24,063 nucleotides of DNA from a virus. Its lineage: Duplodnaviria > Caudoviricetes. Positions 17,217 to 24,063 of this stretch are shown piece by piece (the first letter of the stretch is position 1; each line of letters starts with the position of its first letter). Location: positions 1 to 24,063 of the IMG/VR virus record IMGVR_UViG_3300036783_000220; one strand, 5' to 3'. Both the position numbers and the translations under genes were made by a program. The notes beneath the pieces are model-generated. The model did not search any database. It saw only the letters and a list, made by a program, of their open reading frames with translations, and was not told the DNA's origin.

Positions 17217-17705
17217 ATGTCCTGGTTGGACACCATCACCATCACCGCCCCCAGCGGCGGCTTCCTGCCCACCACATTCCAGGATCTGCTGCAGCGGCGC
17301 ATCACCCTCGACGGCCTGGACCCGCGCTACTACCACACGCTGGTCGCCGTCGCGGTCGCCGACGACGGCGGCAGCGCGGCGCTGCAGATCCTGACCGAGC
17401 CGATCGACCCGCTCAACCTCACCCGGACCCTGCGCGTGCACGACGACACGCCGCTGGCGCACGTCCGCGTCGTCGGCGAGGACGGCTCCGTGCTGTGCGA
17501 GGGGCAGTACACCGCGCCGCTGCAGCACGGCCAGACCGTGGCCGTGGGCCAGGACTACTACCTGGTGACCGAGATCGCATGGCCCAACCGCACCAACCGC
17601 ACCGCCAACCCCGGCGAGCTGGACTGGCAGCAGGCCACCGTGATCCCCGCGGTGCCGCCGACGATGCTGCCGGACCTGTCGCCCGAGCAAGCGTCGGCGG
17701 GGTGA
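17217..17705 (+). CDS. Hypothetical protein (tail-associated by position)
   Basis: SD gaggag. Clean codon bias. Coupled to the next gene. Confidence 0.7.
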   Translation: MSWLDTITITAPSGGFLPTTFQDLLQRRITLDGLDPRYYHTLVAVAVADDGGSAALQILTEPIDPLNLTRTLRVHDDTPLAHVRVVGEDGSVLCEGQYTAPLQHGQTVAVGQDYYLVTEIAWPNRTNRTANPGELDWQQATVIPAVPPTMLPDLSPEQASAG

Positions 17706-18169
17706 CGGCGGTGGACTCCACGCCAGAGGACACCACCCTGGAGGTCGCGGCACACGATCAGGCGGTCAGCCACCGTTATTCGATCCACTACCCAGCGCAT
17801 GAACCCCGCGCCGTTGACCCACACAAAGCCGACTTCGACGCCTACAAGCGGCGCCGGCGCGCCGACGGCACGTATCACTGCGACTTCGCGGTGCAGCACC
17901 GCGGTGGTGACGAGTCCGAATGCGACCTGAGCATGCCGCTGGAGTGCCACCACCAGCACATCGAGTTCGCGCTGCAGAACGGTGTCGACCTGGCGCTGCT
18001 GGAGCAGGACTACCCCGGCGTGTCCCAGCAGGGCGTGGGGGCGTGGCTGGACTCCGCGGCGAATCTTGAGCTGCTGTGCGTCTTTCATCACCGCGGGCAC
18101 GGCGGCAAGCACGTCGCGTCCGTCGCGGACTTCGAGGGCCAGATCTACGTCAGGAGGCTCCTGTCGTGA
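17702..18169 (+). CDS. HNH-like His/Cys-rich protein
   Basis: Motifs YPAHEPR, C..., LECHH.HIEFAL and NLELLCVFHHRGHGGKH. GTGA overlaps at both ends. Confidence 0.6.
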   Translation: MTAVDSTPEDTTLEVAAHDQAVSHRYSIHYPAHEPRAVDPHKADFDAYKRRRRADGTYHCDFAVQHRGGDESECDLSMPLECHHQHIEFALQNGVDLALLEQDYPGVSQQGVGAWLDSAANLELLCVFHHRGHGGKHVASVADFEGQIYVRRLLS

Positions 18170-18450
18170 CCGACATGCTCACCAGCTGGGTCCGCACCGT
18201 CGTGCCGGCCGCCTGGGCCACCGTGATCTCCCTGGCCGTCGCGCACGGCCTGCTCGACACCGGCACGGCCGCCGCGGCCGGCGGTGTCGCGAACACGGTG
18301 ATCGTGCCGTTCGTGCTCGCCGTGCTGTACGCGGCGCTGCGCTGGCTGGAGACGCAGCCGTGGATGCCGCGCTGGGCCGTGCTGCTCCTGCTCGGCTCGG
18401 CCACGCCGCCCACCTACACGCCGGCGACACCGCCGCCGCCGCAGACCTAG
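18166..18450 (+). CDS. Putative holin (two TM segments)
   Basis: SD aggagg. SWVRTVVP...YAALRWLE...LLG...PTY pattern resembles actinophage lysis-cassette membrane proteins. Confidence 0.65.
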   Translation: MTDMLTSWVRTVVPAAWATVISLAVAHGLLDTGTAAAAGGVANTVIVPFVLAVLYAALRWLETQPWMPRWAVLLLLGSATPPTYTPATPPPPQT

Positions 18451-18477
18451 GCGGCGGCACACACCCTGGGGGACATC

Positions 18478-18900
18478 ATGATGGTGGTTGTCCACAGTGG
18501 ACGGAACCCTTTCCAGCTGTGGATGCTGGCGGCCTGCGTGCTGTCCGGAGTGGCCGGGCTGGTCACACCCGGCGCGTCCCGCTCCGCGATCAACGCGTTG
18601 TTGCCGGGCTGGGAGACCGAGGCCTGGTACATCTGCCTGGCCGTGTTCGGGCTGATCGCCCTGTACGGCAGCATCCGCAACAGCCTGTTGGTCGAGCGCG
18701 TCGGCGTGGCCACCCTGTCCATGGTGGCCGTGCTCTACGCCGTGGCCGTGGTGGCCGCCGCCGGACCGCGGGGCCTGTTCGTGGGGCTGCTGGTCGCCGC
18801 GTTCGCGTGCGCCTGCGCCACCCGATTCCTGCAGATCAACAGGGATCTGCGCGTGTTGACGCGGGCGGCGGGCCGCGATCTCGACCCTGACGGGAGGTAG
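18478..18900 (+). CDS. Four-TM membrane protein
   Basis: Four hydrophobic segments. Located in the lysis-like cluster. Confidence 0.75.
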   Translation: MMVVVHSGRNPFQLWMLAACVLSGVAGLVTPGASRSAINALLPGWETEAWYICLAVFGLIALYGSIRNSLLVERVGVATLSMVAVLYAVAVVAAAGPRGLFVGLLVAAFACACATRFLQINRDLRVLTRAAGRDLDPDGR

Positions 18901-18905
18901 TCCCC

Positions 18906-19289
18906 GTGAGTCTGCAGGACATCGCACAGCTGCTCGCCGCCATGGGCGGCCTGGCCGGTATCGGCGCCGTGCTCGACAGCATCCGCCGGCGCCGGCGGAT
19001 GAGCGTCGAGCAGGGGCAGGCCGTCGCGAACTCCGCGGTCGCCCTGGTGGAGCGTCTGGAACGCCGCACCGGCACTCTGGAAGGCCAGCTCGACGAGGCC
19101 AACCGCCATGTCGACAGCCTCTCCAAAGCCTTACGGGACGCGAACAGCCGCGCCACCAGCCTGCAGACCAAGCACGACCACCTGGCCAACAGCTTGGCCG
19201 ACGCCCAGGTGGAGATCCGCCACCTGCGCCTGACGGTCAAGAGCCTGTCCGAGGAGCTGGACCGCCTGGTCAACCCTCCCCACTCCTGA
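18906..19289 (+). CDS. Membrane-anchored coiled-coil protein
   Basis: N-terminal hydrophobic helix followed by RRRRR, then long Leu heptads. SD gggagg. Confidence 0.75.
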   Translation: MSLQDIAQLLAAMGGLAGIGAVLDSIRRRRRMSVEQGQAVANSAVALVERLERRTGTLEGQLDEANRHVDSLSKALRDANSRATSLQTKHDHLANSLADAQVEIRHLRLTVKSLSEELDRLVNPPHS

Positions 19290-19304
19290 TCCGAAGGACC
19301 GCCG

Positions 19305-19634
19305 GTGCCCTGGACCTCGCACGGCTACTGGACCGGCCTGTACGAGCCCGCCGAGCCGGGGCCGCCGCGGCTGGACTGCGGCGGCCCGCATCGCTGCATG
19401 GACTGCGCCGAACAGGCGCACCGACTGGAAGCCGAGGCTGCCTCCGTGGACACGACCCCCGCCTTCGACGAACCACTGCAGTTCAGTGTCGAGGTGAGCT
19501 CCGACGGCACCTCGGCCGACACCATCGCCATCCGGATCCGCGGCATCGCACTGAACGCCGACTCGCTGACCCGCAGCATCGGCACCTGCGTCACCACCGC
19601 GCTGGACGCGGTCCACCCCGTCCCGACGGAGTAG
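19305..19634 (+). CDS. Hypothetical protein with HG...CGGPxxCxxC metal-binding motif
   Basis: WTSHG...DCGGPHRCMDC. SD gaagga. Confidence 0.65.
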   Translation: MPWTSHGYWTGLYEPAEPGPPRLDCGGPHRCMDCAEQAHRLEAEAASVDTTPAFDEPLQFSVEVSSDGTSADTIAIRIRGIALNADSLTRSIGTCVTTALDAVHPVPTE

Positions 19635-19637
19635 CCG

Positions 19638-19922
19638 ATGAGCGAGGACACCGAGATCGCGATCGGCCACAACGTCCGCATCGTCTACACCATGGTCGGC
19701 GCCCACCGGCCGGGTGGTCTGATCGAGTACCACCGCACGCCTGACGGGCACGAATGCGCCGGGTCGGTACTGTTCGACCTCGACGGCGTCCGCAACGCCT
19801 TCCCTGATCGTCCGGTGTGGACGGTGAAGTCGCTGGAGCCGCTGACCTTGACCCCCAGCATCCTGTGCCGGCGCTGCGGGCATCACGGATGGATCACGGA
19901 AGGCCGCTGGCTGCCGGCCTAG
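19638..19922 (+). CDS. Small Zn-binding protein, DUF6527-like
   Basis: C-terminal PLTLTPSILCRRCGHHGWITEGRW motif. SD ggag. Confidence 0.65.
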   Translation: MSEDTEIAIGHNVRIVYTMVGAHRPGGLIEYHRTPDGHECAGSVLFDLDGVRNAFPDRPVWTVKSLEPLTLTPSILCRRCGHHGWITEGRWLPA

Positions 19923-19934
19923 GAAGGGTCCGGT

Positions 19935-20474
19935 GTGGACGACGAACTGTGGTGCCCGCGACGGGCCGAGGCGCCGAACCGGGTTCCCGGGCCCGACCGC
20001 TGGCGGAACACACCGGCTCTGGTCGACGCGAGCGCCGCGGCGGGGCCGACCTGCTCCTACTGCGGCTCCCTGGAGCCAGGCCGGTTCCTGGACCTGATCG
20101 AGGCCGGCTGGTTGCTGGAAGCCACCGCCAAGGACTACAAGGCATACCTGCACCGGCGGCTGTCCGAGCAGGAGATCGCGCAGCGGCAGCAGGACTGGCT
20201 GGCCGGCACCGTGGCCCAGGCCGTGCGCCGCGTCGAGGAAGCCGCCGGCAAGACACCCGACGAGATCGACCGGCTGCTCGCACGACGCTGGGAAAAGGAA
20301 CGCGGCGACTGGGCCGCGACCTGCGCCGAGGCGAAGATGTACTACCAGCACCTGTCGGTCGAGCAGAAGCGGCGCTTCATCGAGCTGTTCAACAACCGCA
20401 CCATGCAGTTCACCCGACTCGGCCGCTTCACGGTCGACCCGTACTTCTGTGTGGCGCAGCCGCCCGATGAATGA
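19935..20474 (+). CDS. Phage hypothetical protein with CPRR...CSYCGSL motif
   Basis: SD aggaagg. Good codon bias. Motif-like segments KDYKAY and KMYYQHL. Confidence 0.75.
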   Translation: MDDELWCPRRAEAPNRVPGPDRWRNTPALVDASAAAGPTCSYCGSLEPGRFLDLIEAGWLLEATAKDYKAYLHRRLSEQEIAQRQQDWLAGTVAQAVRRVEEAAGKTPDEIDRLLARRWEKERGDWAATCAEAKMYYQHLSVEQKRRFIELFNNRTMQFTRLGRFTVDPYFCVAQPPDE

Positions 20475-20631
20475 GGCCGAGCTGTGGATCCGCATGCTGG
20501 AGGCCATCGCCCGGCACGCGCAGGCCTGCGCCGACGAGATCCGAGCGTTGCGCGCACAAGTGGGTGACGCCGACGCGACACGCCCAGCCGGGCCGGCGCA
20601 GCAGGCCGGGCCGGCCGACTTCGACGGGTAG
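20467..20631 (+). CDS. Small helical hypothetical protein
   Basis: ATG overlaps the upstream gene end. Amphipathic helix. Confidence 0.5.
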   Translation: MNEAELWIRMLEAIARHAQACADEIRALRAQVGDADATRPAGPAQQAGPADFDG

Positions 20632-20767
20632 CCTCGGCGGTGTCGCCCAGGTGCAGGGGATGTGCGGCTGGGGGCGACAGGGGATACCCCCGCGCGACGG
20701 GCACGCCGTTGTTCACACTCCAGTGCCCCCGCGCGGGGGGCCATTTCCTCTTCTGGAGGTCTCGCGG

Positions 20768-21070
20768 GTGGAGCAGTCTCTGGGCCTGCAGATCCGCGTC
20801 AGCCTGGACGGCAAGTGGCTGGCCTGGCGGCCACGCGTCAGCGTCGGCGACACCTGGGTGATGATCCCGCTCGACGGCGGCGGGGCCCGGGGAACCGTCA
20901 CCGATCAGGTCGTCGAGCACTGGCACGTCATGGTCTCCGCCCAGCCGCTGTTGGCGGCCTGGGCGCAGGAGATCGCCTTCTGCATCGGCCCGCAGCCGGT
21001 CGAGGCATGCTCGGAATGCATGGGCCTGACCATGGCGGCCGATGCCGTGCGCCACGCCGCGGGCCTGTAG
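20768..21070 (+). CDS. Hypothetical protein
   Basis: SD ggaggt 7 nt before GTG 20768. CxxC near the C-terminus. Confidence 0.6.
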   Translation: MEQSLGLQIRVSLDGKWLAWRPRVSVGDTWVMIPLDGGGARGTVTDQVVEHWHVMVSAQPLLAAWAQEIAFCIGPQPVEACSECMGLTMAADAVRHAAGL

Positions 21071-21146
21071 CTGCAGCGCCGCGATGACCGCGTGCGGTAG
21101 TGTCGGCCACAACCCTTGATGGGCGAGTTCCTGACAACGTCGGTGC

Positions 21147-21197
21147 CAAAACGGCCCCCGCTTTCCCTCGTGACCGGGGGAGGCGGGGGCCGTTTTG
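21147..21197. terminator. Bidirectional intrinsic terminator
   Basis: caaaacggcccccgc / gcgggggccgttttg form a 15-bp perfect stem, extendable with G-U pairs. A and T tracts flank the GC-rich core. Lies between convergent gene blocks. Confidence 0.85.
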
Positions 21198-21336
21198 TCG
21201 TTCCGGGAGCCGTACGTCCTGGGCCAGCTCCCGGCCGGCCGCGCGGCGGCGCCGGGTAGACCCGAACCGCTGAGGAGTCGATCCGAGGGCGACGTCGAGA
21301 CCGGCCGGCGCAGACTACCGGACATCGCGAGCGGCC

Positions 21337-21756
21337 TCATGCCGCCATTCGTGGCCCGGCCACGCCGGGCACAACCCGGTCGGGCCAATACCACCAGGTG
21401 GGGATGCCGGCGCGTTCAGCCATGCGCCCACAGCCGATAGAACCCCGCGACGTCGGCAGCGGGAACACCAGGCACACGTCCGCGCCGAGATCCACCATCT
21501 CCTGATTGCGGCGCGGTCCGGCGCTACGGCCGAACGCCCAGCGCGCCGGGTGCGGCTCGACCGGCAGTCCCCAGCGCCGCTGCCACAGGGTGGCCGCCAT
21601 GAAATCGGCGCCGCTGGGACACGCGCCGTGCACGAGAATCCCGCCAGCGCAGCGTTCCCGCCACGCCGCCAGCACCCGCAGCAGCATGGTCCCGTCGATC
21701 CAGTCCCGGGACCCGGTCAGCAGGATGCGGTAGGGCCTGACGGTGGTGGTGGACAC
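21337..21756 (-). CDS. SLOG superfamily protein (DUF2493 / YspA-like)
   Basis: Motifs RILLTGSRDW, LVHGACPSGAD, HPARW..GRSAGPRRNQEMVD and SRGS..C...AERAGIP. Confidence 0.88.
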   Translation of the reverse strand: MSTTTVRPYRILLTGSRDWIDGTMLLRVLAAWRERCAGGILVHGACPSGADFMAATLWQRRWGLPVEPHPARWAFGRSAGPRRNQEMVDLGADVCLVFPLPTSRGSIGCGRMAERAGIPTWWYWPDRVVPGVAGPRMAA

Positions 21757-22013
21757 GAGGCCGGACCGTACACCGGGCCGGCGGTGGTGCTAGGCACCAC
21801 GAACACGGCGGTGCGGTCGGCGAGGCAGACCCAGTCGCCGCGGCGGACGTGCTGGCCGGCGACGTCCAGACAGCCGTCGTGCGGCGGCCCTGCGTGCTGG
21901 ATGGTCGTGAACACCGACGCCAGCTCGGCCAGGTTGTCGCCGGTCCACCGGACGGTCAGGATCAGGTCGGCTCCGGCCGGCCAGTCCGGGTCGGGATCCC
22001 GGAAGACACGCAC
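21717..22013 (-). CDS. Hypothetical phage protein
   Basis: VRWTGDNLAEL...GDWV pattern recalls small phage proteins. Starts 2 nt after the upstream stop. Overlaps the SLOG gene by 40 nt. Confidence 0.55.
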   Translation of the reverse strand: MRVFRDPDPDWPAGADLILTVRWTGDNLAELASVFTTIQHAGPPHDGCLDVAGQHVRRGDWVCLADRTAVFVVPSTTAGPVYGPASCPPPPSGPTASC

Positions 22014-22015
22014 GC

Positions 22016-22342
22016 TCAGCCGGCCCGCGGCAGCTCGACCGTCGGCTCCGGCGCGGCATTGCGGGAGTCCGACCGGTGGTAGGTGCGGCCCGGGCGGCCC
22101 GCCAGCGGGCCGCCGGCGTGCACCTGCCGGATCAGCACGGAGTGGCCGAGCCCCGCCGCGGCGGCCACATCCCGCACGGTGTGGTGCTCCCGAGCGTCAA
22201 GCACGACCTGGCGCAGCAGCAGGCCGAGGTGGTACTGCGCGGCGGCGACCAGCTCGACCTGGCGCAGGGCGTCGGCGGTGGCGACTGCGGCCAGCAGCGC
22301 GGTGATCGCGTCGAGCCGGGCGGCCAGGAGGACCTGGGTCAT
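22016..22342 (-). CDS. Helix-turn-helix DNA-binding protein
   Basis: AREHHTVRDVAAAAGLGHSVLIRQ is HTH-like. ATG at 22342 is preceded by a -10-like TAGGCT. Confidence 0.65.
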   Translation of the reverse strand: MTQVLLAARLDAITALLAAVATADALRQVELVAAAQYHLGLLLRQVVLDAREHHTVRDVAAAAGLGHSVLIRQVHAGGPLAGRPGRTYHRSDSRNAAPEPTVELPRAG

Positions 22343-22349
22343 GCGCGGG

Positions 22350-22355
22350 AGCCTA
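22350..22355 (-). promoter_or_regulatory. Putative -10 element (TAGGCT) of a leaderless transcript
   Basis: TANNNT hexamer 7 nt before ATG 22342. No SD. Confidence 0.5.
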
Positions 22356-22419
22356 CGCGCGCCACCACCCGGTCCGTGCGCGCAACACGCATTCGAAAAC
22401 GCGGTGTGGAGTGCGGGAA

Positions 22420-22451
22420 GGCCCTCTCGCCGCGTCGACAACGAGAGGGCC
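22420..22451. repeat. 10-bp inverted repeat in divergent intergenic region
   Basis: ggccctctcg-N12-cgagagggcc. Confidence 0.6.
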
Positions 22452-22559
22452 ATGATCCCCGAATACCCTACGGACCAACAGATTCGTCCGCCGCACAGGC
22501 TACCGTGCCACCGTCCGGCGTGATCATGAGGGGGTAACCCGAACCCGAAGGAGGTGGAC

Positions 22560-22994
22560 ATGCGGCCGCTGATCGTGCGCCAGCTCGTCACGCGCAGCAG
22601 CGCGGCGCTGGCCAAACGGCGGTGGCGCAAGTTTCAGCGCGAGGGGTGGGGGAGGGGCCGCAGCCTCAGCAGCATGACGGAGATGCAGATCTGGTGGCTG
22701 GTCCGCATCCTCGTGCTGCTGCTCAACAACCGCGACGGTGCGAACCGCTCGATGCACGTCAGAGCGCTGGCACGGCGGCTCGACTGGTCGCTTGGCGTGC
22801 TGGTGCCGCGCCTGGCGCGACTGGAAACGCTGGAGTGGGTGACATCCGACGTGAGCACCTGCGTGATCAAGGGCAAACGCTGCCAGGTGCGGGTCTACAC
22901 GATCACCGGCGCCGGTGAGGCGGCCGCCGTGGTGATGGTGCCGTTCCTGCAGGAGCTGGTCGCGATCGAGCCTCGCGAGCATCGCAGGCTGTAG
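22560..22994 (+). CDS. PadR-like winged-helix regulator
   Basis: SD AAGGAGGT before ATG 22560. LARRLDWSLGVLVPRLARLETLEWV...RVYTITGAG. Confidence 0.7.
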   Translation: MRPLIVRQLVTRSSAALAKRRWRKFQREGWGRGRSLSSMTEMQIWWLVRILVLLLNNRDGANRSMHVRALARRLDWSLGVLVPRLARLETLEWVTSDVSTCVIKGKRCQVRVYTITGAGEAAAVVMVPFLQELVAIEPREHRRL

Positions 22995-23076
22995 ACACCG
23001 ACGGGGGGTGCCCGAGCAAGGAAGAGCACCCACCGCCGGTTGGGCTGCATGTCCAAGGTGCGGCCCGGAGGAGTCA

Positions 23077-23112
23077 GCGTCGAGGGGTGGTCGGCACGAC
23101 GACCCTCGACGC
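23077..23112. terminator. Stem-loop between convergent genes
   Basis: gcgtcgaggg / ccctcgacgc 10-bp stem, 10 nt past the stop of the 23123-23518 gene. Confidence 0.55.
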
Positions 23113-23122
23113 CGCCGGCACC

Positions 23123-23518
23123 CTACCGCAGGCGTGTGAAGCTGGTCGGCACAACGCCGATGGCGGTGCAGAACGCGGCCATCATGTTCTGGGCGGCGGC
23201 CGGGGCCTGCGACGCCAGCTCGTACCGGTCCTCGCCGAGCGCGAGCGCGAAGTCAAGGGCCGCGTGAGCGTGCGAGCCGCCGGCTTCGTCGGCGAATTTG
23301 CCACGATCGAAGGCGTCCCTGGCCTGCTCCCACCTGATCGCGCACCAGTCGGGCTCGGATTCCGGTGCACACATGACCTGCCGGAACATCGGGTCGCGGT
23401 GCCAGCCGTACTGGATCAGCAGCACGACGGCGGCCAGCGACACCGGGCCGTGGTGCTGCGCCCACAGGCTAAGGCCCGCGGCGACCTTGTCGGCGTCGAC
23501 CTTGGGGCTGATTGCCAT
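23123..23518 (-). CDS. Hypothetical protein (actinobacterial mobile-element type)
   Basis: SD caggagg before ATG 23518. LSLWA...AAVVLLI..GW...F...IRW pattern. Confidence 0.72.
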   Translation of the reverse strand: MAISPKVDADKVAAGLSLWAQHHGPVSLAAVVLLIQYGWHRDPMFRQVMCAPESEPDWCAIRWEQARDAFDRGKFADEAGGSHAHAALDFALALGEDRYELASQAPAAAQNMMAAFCTAIGVVPTSFTRLR

Positions 23519-23558
23519 GCCAGTCCTCCTGCTCGATGTGGTGGTGCGAACACCGTAA

Positions 23559-23572
23559 CTTATACGTATAAG
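23559..23572. promoter_or_regulatory. Perfect 14-bp palindrome CTTATACGTATAAG: putative operator overlapping two divergent -10 elements
   Basis: AT-rich palindrome in a 62-bp divergent gap. TAAGCT on + (23569-23574) and TAAGTT on - (23562-23557). Confidence 0.7.
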
Positions 23573-23580
23573 CTGGCACC

Positions 23581-23877
23581 ATGGCACGGACCCCGAAGGC
23601 CTCGGAGACCACCTTGCTGCGCGTACTTGCGGTGCTGCTGGAAGCCCACAAAGAGGGGGCGTGGCTGCACGGCATCGACGTCGCCAGGAAGGCGCGCAAG
23701 AACACCGCCCTCGTCTACCCCGTGCTGGACCGGCTGCATATGGACGGCCGCGTCACGGTGGACTACGACCCGCCGACGTGTCCGGCCCGGGTTCGGCGAC
23801 AGCTGTACCAGCTCACCGCCGAAGGAATTGCCTCGGCAAAGGGGTTTTCCGAACCGGGCACGGGCGCTACGCCGTAA
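23581..23877 (+). CDS. PadR-like winged-helix regulator (probably leaderless)
   Basis: LHGIDVARKARKNTALVYPVLDRL...RRQLYQLTAEG. No SD. -10 hexamer 6 nt before the ATG. Confidence 0.82.
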   Translation: MARTPKASETTLLRVLAVLLEAHKEGAWLHGIDVARKARKNTALVYPVLDRLHMDGRVTVDYDPPTCPARVRRQLYQLTAEGIASAKGFSEPGTGATP

Positions 23878-23938
23878 GAGTGGCTGCGGGTATCGCGACG
23901 TAACGCCAGCGCGACATCCTGGGACTCCCACCACGAAG

Positions 23939-24063
23939 AACTTCCTGGCGCTGTACAACTCGGCCGGCACCCGCATCGCAGTGTCGGCGGACCAGTCCAC
24001 GGCGTTCGCCACGGCCGGCCTGATCACGGCGGCGTGGACCACGCCGGTCGCGGGCGCGACGCC
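23939..24063 (+). pseudogene. Start-less 5' piece of the virion gene that continues at 75-300
   Basis: NFLALYNSAGTRIAVSADQSTAF... is in frame with 1-300. There is no in-frame ATG/GTG/TTG between 23878 and 23938. Confidence 0.6.
23990..24063. repeat. Terminal direct repeat, right copy (identical to 1-74)
   Basis: Exact 74-nt match. Confidence 0.97.

Noticed and set aside
13718-17305. 1195-aa minus-strand ORF (likewise 4484-6037, 8156-9949, 10035-12125, 19131-20744)
   Set aside because: These mirror structural or accessory genes on the opposite strand and have R/G/V/H-rich shadow composition.
8360-17705. Contractile injection system or R-type tailocin
   Set aside because: No sheath, baseplate wedge or spike genes, and capsid genes are present, so the tail is non-contractile siphovirus type.
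21071-21336. tRNA, ncRNA or att site in the largest intergenic gap
   Set aside because: No cloverleaf or recognisable motif by eye beyond the terminator. A covariance-model search was not possible.
20342-21394. Minus-strand ORF with an ATG overlapping the SLOG stop
   Set aside because: Runs through the terminator and antisense to + genes, with low-complexity, non-protein-like composition.

Overview
High-GC (actinobacterial, Streptomyces-like by inference) siphovirus or prophage sequence. Bases 1-74 are repeated exactly at 23990-24063, so the contig closes as a 23,989-bp circle. The + strand carries a long morphogenesis operon in this order: gp7/gpF-like head morphogenesis protein, T4 gp21-like protease with a probable nested scaffold, major capsid protein with an inserted beta domain, head-tail adaptor, an extremely basic 22-aa-repeat (NUMOD3-like) protein, tail terminator, tail tube, frameshifting tail chaperones, a displaced HK97 gp10-like gene, tape measure and tail tip proteins. 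After this come an HNH-like gene, three membrane (lysis-like) genes, small Cys/His-rich genes, a bidirectional terminator, a SLOG gene and two divergent HTH/PadR-like gene pairs. I see no terminase, portal, integrase, replication gene, tail sheath or endolysin. The circle joins the regulatory region directly into the middle of a virion gene at about 23939, so it is either a deletion derivative or an assembly chimera. All family calls come from motif recognition and gene order by eye, not from searches.
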